60,256 nucleotides of DNA from an uncultured Gammaproteobacteria bacterium. Its GTDB lineage: Bacteria; Pseudomonadota; Gammaproteobacteria; Ga0077536. The notes under the pieces are model-generated. The model was not told the DNA's origin, searched no databases, and worked only from the letters and a program-made list of their open reading frames with translations. Location of the stretch: contig CALJHG010000006.1 of the NCBI GenBank assembly GCA_938075585.1, forward strand, positions 1-60,256, read 5' to 3'. The position numbers and the translations under genes were made by a program. Positions 37,199-47,126 of the stretch are shown in pieces. The stretch's first letter is position 1. Every line of letters begins with the position of its first letter.

Positions 37199-38638
37199 TC
37201 ATGCATGGTTTTTTCTACGTTTAGAGAATTTCCTATCTTTTAAAGCAGGTTTTATTAAATCCGGAAGTAAACGCTCGTTAACTTGCTCAACCATAATCTT
37301 GTGACCGATATACTCCTCAATACTTTGCAGTGAGAACACATATTCCTCACAGGCTAAACTAATAGCATCGCCCCGAGCTCCTGCTCTAGCAGTCCTCCCA
37401 ATTCTATGCACATAGTCTTCACAATTATTAGGCAGATCATAATTAACTACATGGGTGACGTCTGGGATATGCAAACCGCGAGCCGCCACATCGGTAGCAA
37501 CAACTATGTCGATTTTACCCATCTTAAAATCGTCTATTAATCTTTCGCGTTTTGCCTGCTCCACATCGCCTGATAGAGCTCGCGCCTTATAGCCATTAGA
37601 ATTCAGATAGCCAACAAGTAAACTTACCACTCGTTTTGTATTCGCAAAAATTATCGTTCGAAATGGCTTTTGGGTATTTAGCAGACCCACTAACAAACTG
37701 ATTTTTTCGTCCGAGCTTACATGGTAAAGCACCTGAGAAATTTTACTCGCAGCTCGAGTTTCCGAAGCGATCTCGACTAACTTTGGCGTATTCATGTACT
37801 CATACGCCAACTCATTGACTCTATGCGAGAGTGTTGCCGAATAGAGCATATTTAGTCTCTTTGAGGGGTGAGGCATCCGCCGTAGGAGAAAACGCAGATC
37901 TTTGATAAACCCCAAATCAAACATACGGTCCGCTTCATCTAAAACCAATGCTTCAATGGAGTTCAGGGAAAAAACATTCTGTTTGAAATAATCTATTATA
38001 CGTCCCGGCGTACCTATGATGATATCAGCTCCCGTCTGGAGACTCTTCCGTTGCTTTTCATAATCCACCCCACCATAAATCAAGGCTAAGTTAAATCCTG
38101 TATAGGCTCCTAATATATCTGCGTCTTTCTTAATCTGTATAGCCAACTCCCGAGTCGGTGCCAAAATCAAAGCTCGCGGATTGGCCTGAGGTCCCGTAGT
38201 AGGAATTTTACTTCCGCCGGACTCTTTCAGTAAACGATTCATGGTAGCAAGTAAATAAGCCGCAGTTTTGCCTGTTCCAGTCTGAGCTTGCCCTGCGATG
38301 TCTTCATTTCTCAACAGAGATGGCAGCGATCTCGCCTGTATGGGTGTACAAAATTCAAAACCGGCATCTTCAACACCCTGTAAGAGTCTTGAGTCAACAC
38401 CTAACTCATCAAAACGGACAGTAGAAAGATCGTTGTCGTTCTTCTCTCTCGCTTCGACCATGATGGGCTCGGTTTTCGCTCCCGATGGGACCGGTGCACT
38501 AACTCGTGTCTTACGCCCTCTCCGCTTTCTGGTTTTTTTTGAGGTAATGTCGAACTTTCGTCGGTGACGAAAGAATTTCATTCCTAAAAACAAAAAAATA
38601 ACGACACAAAAGACTTGAATGATTGAGTATGAATTCAT
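37199..38638 (-). CDS. rhlB: DEAD-box RNA helicase RhlB (start uncertain)
   Basis: Q-motif, AQTGTGKT, PTRELA, DEAD, SAT, HRIGRTARAG; divergent from trxA. Confidence 0.92.
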   Translation of the reverse strand: MNSYSIIQVFCVVIFLFLGMKFFRHRRKFDITSKKTRKRRGRKTRVSAPVPSGAKTEPIMVEAREKNDNDLSTVRFDELGVDSRLLQGVEDAGFEFCTPIQARSLPSLLRNEDIAGQAQTGTGKTAAYLLATMNRLLKESGGSKIPTTGPQANPRALILAPTRELAIQIKKDADILGAYTGFNLALIYGGVDYEKQRKSLQTGADIIIGTPGRIIDYFKQNVFSLNSIEALVLDEADRMFDLGFIKDLRFLLRRMPHPSKRLNMLYSATLSHRVNELAYEYMNTPKLVEIASETRAASKISQVLYHVSSDEKISLLVGLLNTQKPFRTIIFANTKRVVSLLVGYLNSNGYKARALSGDVEQAKRERLIDDFKMGKIDIVVATDVAARGLHIPDVTHVVNYDLPNNCEDYVHRIGRTARAGARGDAISLACEEYVFSLQSIEEYIGHKIMVEQVNERLLPDLIKPALKDRKFSKRRKNHA

Positions 38639-38738
38639 AGGATTATGTTTGCCTTTGGTTCTTTAAGCTTACCCTAGCTTTTACTTAAGTTCATTTGGCG
38701 ATGGCCTCTCAACAATTAAAAGGAATAATAGACCCATA

Positions 38739-39065
38739 ATGAGTGAACAATTAATTCAAGTTACCGATGATTCTTTCGAATCAGATGTCCTGCAATCCGA
38801 CGTACCCGTATTAGTAGACTACTGGGCCGAATGGTGCGGACCATGCAAAATGATCGCGCCTATTCTAGACGAGGTTGCGTCGGAATACGCTGGCAAATTG
38901 AAAATAGCGAAATTAGATGTCGATCAAAATGCTGAAACTGCGCAAAAGTACAGCATAAGAAGTATACCATGCTTAATGCTGTTCAAGGATGGAGATATTG
39001 TAGCGACTCAAGTAGGAGCGTTATCCAAGAGCCAGTTAAGCGAATTCATAGACGAAAATTTGTAG
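38739..39065 (+). CDS. trxA: thioredoxin
   Basis: WAEWCGPCK; upstream of rho. Confidence 0.98.
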   Translation: MSEQLIQVTDDSFESDVLQSDVPVLVDYWAEWCGPCKMIAPILDEVASEYAGKLKIAKLDVDQNAETAQKYSIRSIPCLMLFKDGDIVATQVGALSKSQLSEFIDENL

Positions 39066-39111
39066 GTCGACTTGCCATGCAAATACCGTAGTAATTTATT
39101 GCCCTCGGGGC

Positions 39112-39140
39112 TAGACTAAGAATAATTGTCATGTTAAGGT
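39112..39140 (+). promoter_or_regulatory. putative sigma70 promoter of rho
   Basis: TAGACT-N17-TAAGGT with an extended TG. Confidence 0.5.
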
Positions 39141-39265
39141 GATAATTCAGCTTGGGTGCAAACCTGCGTTCAAGCACCCCAAAATAACTCTTAATGCGCA
39201 CTCCAACTCTTAGGCATTTTGAAATTTCTAATATCTAAATAATTTAAGTAATCCACAAAAACCTC

Positions 39266-40525
39266 ATGATGAATCTCACCGAATTAAAACAAAAAACTGC
39301 GTCAGAATTATTGGTCCTCACTGAAGAAATGGGCATCGATGGTATCGGACGTTCAAGAAAGCAAGACCTTATCTTTAGTATACTAAAATCTCAGGCCAAA
39401 AAAGGGGAAGATATTTCTGGCGATGGTGTTTTAGAAATCTTACAAGACGGGTTTGGCTTCCTTCGAACCGCTGATTCATCTTACCTAGCGGGAGCAGACG
39501 ATATTTACGTTTCTCCCAGTCAAATTAGACGTTTCAGCCTACGTACCGGTGATACTATCTCGGGAAAGATACGACCTCCAAAAGATGGGGAACGCTATTT
39601 CGCCCTGTTAAAAGTGGGCGAAATTAACTTTGAGCCACCTGAAAACGCTAAAAATAAAGTGCTATTCGAAAATCTGACACCTTTGTTCCCGCAAGAACGA
39701 CTTCAGCTGGAGCTAGGTAACGGAAGCACCGAAGATTTAACTCCTAGAATAATAGATCTAGCATCACCCATAGGAAAAGGTCAGAGGGGACTCGTCATTT
39801 CACCTCCAAAGGCGGGGAAAACAATGATGCTGCAAAGTATCGCTCATTCTCTAGGGGTGAATCATCCTGATTGCTATCTTATTGTGTTGTTAATAGATGA
39901 AAGACCAGAGGAAGTTACTGAAATGCAGCGTTCTGTGCGCGGAGAGGTGATTTCTAGTACCTTCGATGAACCTGCAAGTAGGCATGTTCAGGTAGCTGAA
40001 ATGGTTATAGAAAAAGCTAAACGTCTTGTAGAGCATAAGAGAGATGTAATTATCCTGCTCGACTCTATAACGCGTTTAGCGAGGGCATATAACACTGTTG
40101 TTCCTTCATCAGGAAAAGTTCTAACCGGGGGCGTTGATGCAAATGCTCTCCAACGACCCAAACGCTTTTTTGGCGCAGCAAGGAATATCGAAGAGGGAGG
40201 AAGCCTCACAATTATGGCAACTGCTCTGGTGGATACCGGGTCGCGGATGGATGATGTTATATATGAAGAGTTTAAGGGAACAGGAAACATGGAGGTCCAT
40301 TTGGATCGTAAGATAGCCGAAAAACGTATCTTTCCTAGTGTAAATATCAATCGATCCGGCACTCGACGAGAAGAGATACTGACTAAGCCTGACGAACTTC
40401 AAAAAATGTGGATTCTCCGAAAACTTTTACACCCTATGGAAGAAGTCGCAGCGATGGAATTTTTACTCGAGAGATTTAAGGCGACAAAAAATAATGCAGA
40501 CTTTTTCGACGCGATGAAGCGATAA
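39266..40525 (+). CDS. rho: transcription termination factor Rho
   Basis: [39 protein letters not shown]. Confidence 0.99.
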   Translation: MMNLTELKQKTASELLVLTEEMGIDGIGRSRKQDLIFSILKSQAKKGEDISGDGVLEILQDGFGFLRTADSSYLAGADDIYVSPSQIRRFSLRTGDTISGKIRPPKDGERYFALLKVGEINFEPPENAKNKVLFENLTPLFPQERLQLELGNGSTEDLTPRIIDLASPIGKGQRGLVISPPKAGKTMMLQSIAHSLGVNHPDCYLIVLLIDERPEEVTEMQRSVRGEVISSTFDEPASRHVQVAEMVIEKAKRLVEHKRDVIILLDSITRLARAYNTVVPSSGKVLTGGVDANALQRPKRFFGAARNIEEGGSLTIMATALVDTGSRMDDVIYEEFKGTGNMEVHLDRKIAEKRIFPSVNINRSGTRREEILTKPDELQKMWILRKLLHPMEEVAAMEFLLERFKATKNNADFFDAMKR

Positions 40526-40543
40526 AATTATTTGAAATAATCA

Positions 40544-40888
40544 TTAACCTGGAGGCCAATCGAAGGTTCTGCCTGCCAGTATGTGCAAATGTAGATGAAA
40601 AACGGTTTGTCCCGCAGCAGACCCATTATTGACTACCACTCGAAAACCTTCGGTATAGCCTAATAACCGCGCCACACGAGGGGCCGTTAGTAAGAGATGC
40701 GCCAACAACTTGCCGTCTCCATCGACGGCTTCAGATAACATCTTAAGTGGCACTTTCGGACAAAGCAAAACATGCAAGGGCGCTTGAGGAGCAATATCTC
40801 TGAATGCAATGCACAACTTATCTTCAAACACGATGTCCGCGGGAATTTCTCTCGCAATAATCTTCTCAAACAAAGTAGGTTCGGTCAT
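40544..40888 (-). CDS. HIT family nucleotide-binding protein (HinT-like)
   Basis: FRDIAPQAP, GQTVFHLHLHIL, C-terminal WPPG. Confidence 0.93.
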   Translation of the reverse strand: MTEPTLFEKIIAREIPADIVFEDKLCIAFRDIAPQAPLHVLLCPKVPLKMLSEAVDGDGKLLAHLLLTAPRVARLLGYTEGFRVVVNNGSAAGQTVFHLHLHILAGRTFDWPPG

Positions 40889-40895
40889 ATACTGC

Positions 40896-41495
40896 TCACC
40901 AATGCGTTGTTATTTCAGTTCCATCGCTTTTAAGCTGCGGTTGCATTACAAGCTTACCATCTCGACGAAGAAAATCTCCTACGTGCTGCGAAAACGATCC
41001 AACTTTCACGTCTTGAAAATAAAAACGAAGAGTCTGCGTAATAGTAGGAAACGCTATCTCTGACCAAGGAATTTGCTCCTCGCTGTATAATTGACATTCT
41101 AAGCTTTCTAGCCCCGGCGCAAAATCTGGCTCACTAAGGTCTGCGAGAAACATTACATAGATTTGATTAATTTCAGGAAGACTGAATATGGTAAATAGGT
41201 GAGATATCTCTACCCGCGCACAAGCTTCCTCACGCGTTTCCCTAACCGCTGCCTCAATAAGCGTTTCTCCATTTTCCATATAGCCTGCAGGTAAAGTCCA
41301 CCATCCCAGCCTAGGCTCGATAGCGCGCTTACACAGCAGGATCTGACCTTCCCAAACAGGAAGACAACCGGCGACCACTTTTGGGTTCTGATAAAATACT
41401 GACTCACAATTGCCACAAACATAACGCGCTCGATCGTCACCCTCAGGCACGGACTTACCAACCTCGTTTGATCCACATTTACTGCAGTAATCCAA
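40896..41495 (-). CDS. NUDIX hydrolase with N-terminal zinc ribbon
   Basis: CSKCG...CGNC, YQNPK, Nudix box GYMENGETLIEAAVRETREEA. Confidence 0.92.
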   Translation of the reverse strand: MDYCSKCGSNEVGKSVPEGDDRARYVCGNCESVFYQNPKVVAGCLPVWEGQILLCKRAIEPRLGWWTLPAGYMENGETLIEAAVRETREEACARVEISHLFTIFSLPEINQIYVMFLADLSEPDFAPGLESLECQLYSEEQIPWSEIAFPTITQTLRFYFQDVKVGSFSQHVGDFLRRDGKLVMQPQLKSDGTEITTHW

Positions 41496-41715
41496 TTAAA
41501 ACCCCTTTTGTGCAAACTAGATTAGTTAAGCGGGCCCAACCAGCCGTACCACGAAAAGCTTACATTTATTTAAAAGATTAATTACATTACTTTAGCGTAA
41601 CATAGGCATTATAAAAAGAAGAAAGTGATAGTAGGCACAACCATGCAGCAAAACAATCAAAATACTAAGAGTACGCAGGTATATCTGAATACAACTAATA
41701 GTCTGGTCAGTTAAC

Positions 41716-42807
41716 ATGGCAACTCTGCAAGGAACTGAAAAATTTGAGCACGGGCGAGCACCCAAAGTAGGTGTGTTGCTCTGCAATTTAGGCACTCCCA
41801 AAGCACCTACCGCCCCAGCAGTGAAAAAATACTTAGCAGAATTTTTATCTGATAACAGAGTAGTCGAGTTATCGAAATTACTTTGGCTCCCTATTTTACA
41901 TGCCATCATTCTGAACACGCGTCCTAAAAAATCTGCAAAAGCGTATAAAAGTATATGGACTGACAGCGGCTCTCCTTTACTTGTCTTCTCAGAAGGGATT
42001 CTAAATAAGCTGCAAAAGAAGTTTGAGGCGTTCGATGATAGTAATCTGATTTTCGGATTAGGGATGCGTTACGGCGAACCGTCTATACAAACGGCTATAA
42101 ATGATTTGCAGAAAAAAAATATCAGAAAAATTTTAATATTACCCTTATACCCGCAATATGCGTCGGCCACGACTGCATCAGTTTACGATGCGGTCTTCGA
42201 CTATTTCAAAACTCAGCGCTGGATACCAGAGTTACGCTTTGCATCAGATTATCATGACAATCCTCTATATATTTCGGCAATCGTCGAATCAATCAGACGA
42301 GAGTGGAGAGTCGGTAATAGGGGACAACATCTTCTATTTTCTTTTCATGGCATTCCTAAAGACACTTTCCTTGCAGGTGATCCCTATCACTGCCAATGCC
42401 ATGCGACAACTAGAATGGTCGCGGAAGAACTTGGCTTAACGGACAAAGAATGGACATTAACATTCCAATCTCGATTTGGTCCAAAACAATGGCTCGAGCC
42501 CTATACCGACAAAACGTTAGAAAAGCTGGGGGCAGGAGGAGTCAAAAATGTCGATATAGTTTGCCCCGGATTCGCAGTCGATTGTCTTGAAACGTTAGAA
42601 GAAATCTCCATACTAAATCAAAACCTTTTTCGTGAGCATGGCGGAGAAAAAATCAACTATATTGGTGCATTAAATGACTCTGCCGAACAAATAAACTTGC
42701 TGTCCAATATTTTGGAGAGACATCTTTCAAATTGGGATAAACCTACAGACAAAACACTACTGGAACAATCGGCCTCTAGAGCCTTAGACGCCGGAGCCCC
42801 TAAATAG
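41716..42807 (+). CDS. hemH: ferrochelatase
   Basis: NLGTP, GSPL, LYPQY, FSFHG, QSRFG..WLEPYT, DCLETLEEI. Confidence 0.97.
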   Translation: MATLQGTEKFEHGRAPKVGVLLCNLGTPKAPTAPAVKKYLAEFLSDNRVVELSKLLWLPILHAIILNTRPKKSAKAYKSIWTDSGSPLLVFSEGILNKLQKKFEAFDDSNLIFGLGMRYGEPSIQTAINDLQKKNIRKILILPLYPQYASATTASVYDAVFDYFKTQRWIPELRFASDYHDNPLYISAIVESIRREWRVGNRGQHLLFSFHGIPKDTFLAGDPYHCQCHATTRMVAEELGLTDKEWTLTFQSRFGPKQWLEPYTDKTLEKLGAGGVKNVDIVCPGFAVDCLETLEEISILNQNLFREHGGEKINYIGALNDSAEQINLLSNILERHLSNWDKPTDKTLLEQSASRALDAGAPK

Positions 42808-42811
42808 CAAT

Positions 42812-43372
42812 CTATACCTTGAGTAACACATTCTTTAGGGGTTGACGGAACTGCTTGCCAATACTCTCTGGGTATCCATACCAAAACATCCCTATCGGCT
42901 TCTCTGCACTCATTGTAAATCCTACGATGTTAGCGAAATCACTTGTCTCAATAATACTGCCAGTAGTCCACTTGACTCCAACGCCTTTCGTCCATAAAAA
43001 AAGCATTAAATTTTGTGCGGCACAACAGCATGCTGCATAGTTTTCCTGCTCTTCCTTTTCATTTGCAGACTTTTTGGAAGTAATAACTAACCACCCGGGA
43101 ACAGCCTGCCATCTATTCTTTTTTACCTCAGCAAATCTCGCTCCCTTATTAGTCAAGTTTTCCCTATAATTCATATCTATAATTTGAGCCTTTGGCTTGT
43201 CACTAAGTAGGTAGTACTTCCAAGGCTCTGTTAGAAAGTGATTTGGCGCCCAGCAAGCAACATCAATAGCCCGCTCAATTAAATCATCACTTACTTTTGC
43301 TGTCTCAAATGCATGTACTGTCCTCCTTCCCAAAATCACGCTTTCCAAACTTTGAGACCATTCCCTGCTCAT
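42812..43372 (-). CDS. nitroreductase family protein (YdjA-like)
   Basis: RRTVHAF, WAPNH..TEPW, AAQNLML, W.TG. ATG 43372 has a GGAGAG RBS. Confidence 0.85.
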   Translation of the reverse strand: MSREWSQSLESVILGRRTVHAFETAKVSDDLIERAIDVACWAPNHFLTEPWKYYLLSDKPKAQIIDMNYRENLTNKGARFAEVKKNRWQAVPGWLVITSKKSANEKEEQENYAACCCAAQNLMLFLWTKGVGVKWTTGSIIETSDFANIVGFTMSAEKPIGMFWYGYPESIGKQFRQPLKNVLLKV

Positions 43373-43551
43373 AAACTCTCTCCGAAATATCAATTCAACT
43401 TTATCTCACACAAATTTTGTTAAATATAATATGAAGTATCTGGTTAATATGCGATTATAAATAAGAGAATTAATCGGGCTAATTCTCTGCGTTAGAGTCT
43501 GCGTAGCGTTAAGGCATCATTCTCTCCGCATTAGCAACATATAATTAATCT

Positions 43552-44562
43552 ATGGAATATCAAGCAATGGTTAAACCAGTTATCGGTATCTTAGGCGGGA
43601 GCGGGTTCGTCGGTAGTTATCTCTCAAATGAACTAATAAAAAACGGTTATGCCGTGCGGATAATCACAAGAAAAAGAGAAAATGCTCGGCACCTCTGGCT
43701 TCTTCCGCAAAGTGAAATCAAGGTGACCAAAACTTTTACAAAAGAAGCATTGAGTCAAATACTCGATGGCTGTGTCGCGGTAGTAAATCTTATTGGGATC
43801 CTGAATGAAAAATGGGATAACGGGAAAGGATTTAAAGCGGTGCACACCGATATTACTGAAAATTTATTGGAGGCCTGCAAGCGCCTAGATATCCCGCAGT
43901 TATTACAAATAACCGCGCTAAACGCAAATAAATCTGACGCGAGCTATTATTTAAACTCAAAAAATGCGGCTGAGGCAATATTATTAGCGACTAAGGCCGA
44001 AGAAAGTGCCAAAGCTAATCAAAACGGAAAGGCTACCAGCCTACCTAAGGTGACTATAATCCGGCCATCAGTGATCTTTGGTCCAAGGGACAGCTTTACG
44101 AATCGTTTTCATACACTATTAAAATTCGCACCCCCAATATTTCCTCTAGCTATGGGGCACACCAGACTGCAGCCTATTTATGTAGGGGATGTTGTGAACA
44201 CCATACTTAAGATACTACAAAACCCACAAGTGCAGCGGGAAGCCTTTGACATAGCCGGGCCTGAAATACTAACCCTGAAAGAAATTGTTGAATACATAGC
44301 AAAACTGACTGGCTATAGAACAAAAATCCTTGCTCTAGGTGGAGGCCTATCCGCAATACAGGCTAATATTATGCAATACTGTCCAGGTAAGCCGTTCTCA
44401 AGAGATAATCTTCGCTCTCTTCAAGTTGAATCCATCTGCACTGATGAGAATGGACTTTCGCAACTAGATATCATTCCCACCAGTATGGATTCAATAGTGC
44501 CAGGATATTTGGCGAAAAAAAGCAGCCGGTTTGCGTACTACAAGTTTCGCGATAGAACCTGA
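43552..44562 (+). CDS. NAD-dependent epimerase / NDUFA9-like SDR
   Basis: GGSGFVG, VVNLIGIL, YxxSK, RPSVIFG, QPIYVGDV; upstream of cca. Confidence 0.85.
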   Translation: MEYQAMVKPVIGILGGSGFVGSYLSNELIKNGYAVRIITRKRENARHLWLLPQSEIKVTKTFTKEALSQILDGCVAVVNLIGILNEKWDNGKGFKAVHTDITENLLEACKRLDIPQLLQITALNANKSDASYYLNSKNAAEAILLATKAEESAKANQNGKATSLPKVTIIRPSVIFGPRDSFTNRFHTLLKFAPPIFPLAMGHTRLQPIYVGDVVNTILKILQNPQVQREAFDIAGPEILTLKEIVEYIAKLTGYRTKILALGGGLSAIQANIMQYCPGKPFSRDNLRSLQVESICTDENGLSQLDIIPTSMDSIVPGYLAKKSSRFAYYKFRDRT

Positions 44563-44600
44563 TTATGATGCATATAAAGAGATAGCCAGTTACGACTTAC

Positions 44601-45791
44601 ATGAAGATTTACAAAGTAGGCGGTGCCGTTAGAGACTCGCTGTTAAAAAGAAGTCCAGAAGATACGGATTGGGTTGTAGTAGGAGCCAATGAAAACTACT
44701 TACTAAAAATGGGGTTTGATCGGGTAGGAAAAGACTTCCCTGTGTTCCTCCACCCTCATACCAAAGAAGAGTACGCGCTAGCACGACTGGAAAGAAAAAC
44801 TGGTGAAGGTTACCTTGGTTTTGAAACGACAACCCATGAGTCAGTCACTTTAGAAGAAGATTTATCGAGAAGAGACTTCACCATAAATGCTATGGCGTCG
44901 GATGAATTAGGTAATATAATCGATCCATACGGTGGACTTAATGACTTGAGGAAATGTATCCTCAGGCATGTAACCGAAGCGTTTTTAGAAGACCCCTTAA
45001 GGATTCTGCGTGGCGCAAGATTTGCAGCTAAACTTAATTTTTCCGTTGCGGATGAGACGATCGCCATAATGATGGAAATGGTGGCTAAAGACCAACTCTC
45101 AGAATTAAAAGCGGAGAGAATTTGGTCCGAATTTAAGAGAGCTATAGTCACAGATCATCCACTGGTATTTTTCAAGGTGCTAGCACAATGTCGAGCGTTA
45201 CCAAACCTATTACCAGAATTCAGCCCGCTTTTTGGGAAGTTTTTTAATGGAGAATCTCATTCACAGGATACAAAAATTCTGTCGCTGCTAGATAGAAAGG
45301 ATAGAATCGAACGCGACCCGGAGCTAGTTTTTGCCATTATCTGCCGAGCCTTATTTTTATATAACCAAGAAAATGGAGAGCTCACTTCCAGCCAAATAAG
45401 CTCTTTTTGCGATCGATTAAAGGTACCAAAAAAATTCAAAACTATCGCTAAAAGAGCCAGCGCCTTTAAGCTTATAAAAAAAGAATTTAGAACGCGGTTA
45501 GGCAATGAAATTATACGTTTACTCGATGCAGTTGGCGGCTTTAAAAATGACTACTTATTTTCGAAGCTATTGCTCCTATATGAACTTGAACTAGAAACCA
45601 AACGAGATACCCATAGCTATGTTTCTGCGAAAGAACTTCTGGCGGTAAAAAATGCCATAAAAAACATGGATAACAATGATTTGATCCAGAAAAATTTCAG
45701 TGGAGAGTCGTTCGCCGAGCAGCTCAAAACTAGGAGAATAGCACTCGCTAATGATATGCTTGCTCTGTCTGCCAGAGCTCACGGAGTCTAG
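44601..45791 (+). CDS. cca: tRNA CCA-adding nucleotidyltransferase
   Basis: VGGAVRD, DTD, GKDFPVF, EEYALARLE, RRDFTINAMA, EDPLRILRGARF. Confidence 0.93.
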   Translation: MKIYKVGGAVRDSLLKRSPEDTDWVVVGANENYLLKMGFDRVGKDFPVFLHPHTKEEYALARLERKTGEGYLGFETTTHESVTLEEDLSRRDFTINAMASDELGNIIDPYGGLNDLRKCILRHVTEAFLEDPLRILRGARFAAKLNFSVADETIAIMMEMVAKDQLSELKAERIWSEFKRAIVTDHPLVFFKVLAQCRALPNLLPEFSPLFGKFFNGESHSQDTKILSLLDRKDRIERDPELVFAIICRALFLYNQENGELTSSQISSFCDRLKVPKKFKTIAKRASAFKLIKKEFRTRLGNEIIRLLDAVGGFKNDYLFSKLLLLYELELETKRDTHSYVSAKELLAVKNAIKNMDNNDLIQKNFSGESFAEQLKTRRIALANDMLALSARAHGV

Positions 45792-47124
45792 AGTCACGAC
45801 CGCATTGGTATCTGTATAATTTATATCTAACTGGATTATTTAGATAGTAGTTTTGATGGTAGGACTCTGCAGGATAAAACTGTACAGCAGGTCTTATGGC
45901 GGTAACAATCTTATTATTTGGGAATCGAAAGTTCTGTAATTCTTCTAATTGGCGGTTCGTCTCGCTCTTTTCTTCCTGGTTTGAAAAATACACCACACTC
46001 ACGTACTGCTGCCCCCGATCACAAAACTGTCCTCCTGGATCAAACGGATCAATATTTTTCCAATAAACCTCTAAAAGTTGAGCGAACGAAATTTCTGATG
46101 AGTCGTAAGTTACCCTAATAGCCTCTACGTGACGTGTGTAGCCTTTTGCTACTTCGTTATAAGTTGCATTTTCCTTAGACCCTCCAATATAGCCTACCGT
46201 AGTAGCATTTACGCCGATCACCGAATCAAAAGGTTCTTCTAGACACCAAAAACAACCCCCAGCAAAAATAGCTGATTTGGTATTTTGTATCTGATCTTCC
46301 ACACTCACAGCATGAATTGAGGTGGAATTCATTGAAAATACGATTATAAAAAGTCCTAGAATAAGTCGGTATAAGATAAAGGGTAACATTCCAACCCTAT
46401 CTAGTAGTCGAATAAAATAATAAATCCCCCCATAGGCAAAAATAGCTGATAACGCAGTCATAGTTCCTAACGTAAGCCATTGTCCAGGGCTGATAACAGA
46501 ACTGTTAGCTACAATTTCGTAAACGACAGCCGCCAGTATTGTCGGGATTCCTAGTAAAAATGAAAACCTAACCGCACTTTCACGAGAAAAACCGAGCAAA
46601 AGAGCTGCCGATATTGTGACTCCCGAGCGGGAAGTTCCAGGTATAAGAGCAAGGGTTTGGATCATCCCAATAGATATCGCATCTCTCCAATTCATACTAT
46701 CTAAAAGTCGACTTTTACTGCCAACAGCATCCGAGGCCCAAAGAACTCCCCCGAATACGATGGTCATTACCCCTATTACATAAACAGATCTAAGTTCGGC
46801 CGCTATAAAATCATGAAATACTAAGCCAGAAAGTACTATTGGCAATGTGGCAACGATTAAACAAATAGAAAGAAATTTATCGCCACATCGTATGTCTTTC
46901 CGTTTCTTTGGGAACCATGAGTAGCACAGCCTATTAATATCTTTTCGAAAATAAACACATACCGCAATCAGGGATCCTAAATGAGCAGCGATATCAAGAC
47001 TCAGTCCTTGGTCGGTCCACGTGGTAAATTTAGCTACTAAAATCAAATGGGCGCTACTTGATACGGGTAAGAACTCAGTAACACCCTGAACAAAAGCTAA
47101 CGTTACTAGTTGTAGAAAAGTCAT
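45748..47124 (-). CDS. uppP: fused undecaprenyl-diphosphatase (UppP/BacA, about aa 1-264) and peptide methionine sulfoxide reductase MsrA (about aa 280-458)
   Basis: QGVTEFLPVSSSAH and PGTSRSG, then in the same frame FAGGCFWC, GQFCDRG, FYPAESYHQNYY. Confidence 0.9.
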   Translation of the reverse strand: MTFLQLVTLAFVQGVTEFLPVSSSAHLILVAKFTTWTDQGLSLDIAAHLGSLIAVCVYFRKDINRLCYSWFPKKRKDIRCGDKFLSICLIVATLPIVLSGLVFHDFIAAELRSVYVIGVMTIVFGGVLWASDAVGSKSRLLDSMNWRDAISIGMIQTLALIPGTSRSGVTISAALLLGFSRESAVRFSFLLGIPTILAAVVYEIVANSSVISPGQWLTLGTMTALSAIFAYGGIYYFIRLLDRVGMLPFILYRLILGLFIIVFSMNSTSIHAVSVEDQIQNTKSAIFAGGCFWCLEEPFDSVIGVNATTVGYIGGSKENATYNEVAKGYTRHVEAIRVTYDSSEISFAQLLEVYWKNIDPFDPGGQFCDRGQQYVSVVYFSNQEEKSETNRQLEELQNFRFPNNKIVTAIRPAVQFYPAESYHQNYYLNNPVRYKLYRYQCGRDSRLRELWQTEQAYH

Positions 47125-47126
47125 TT

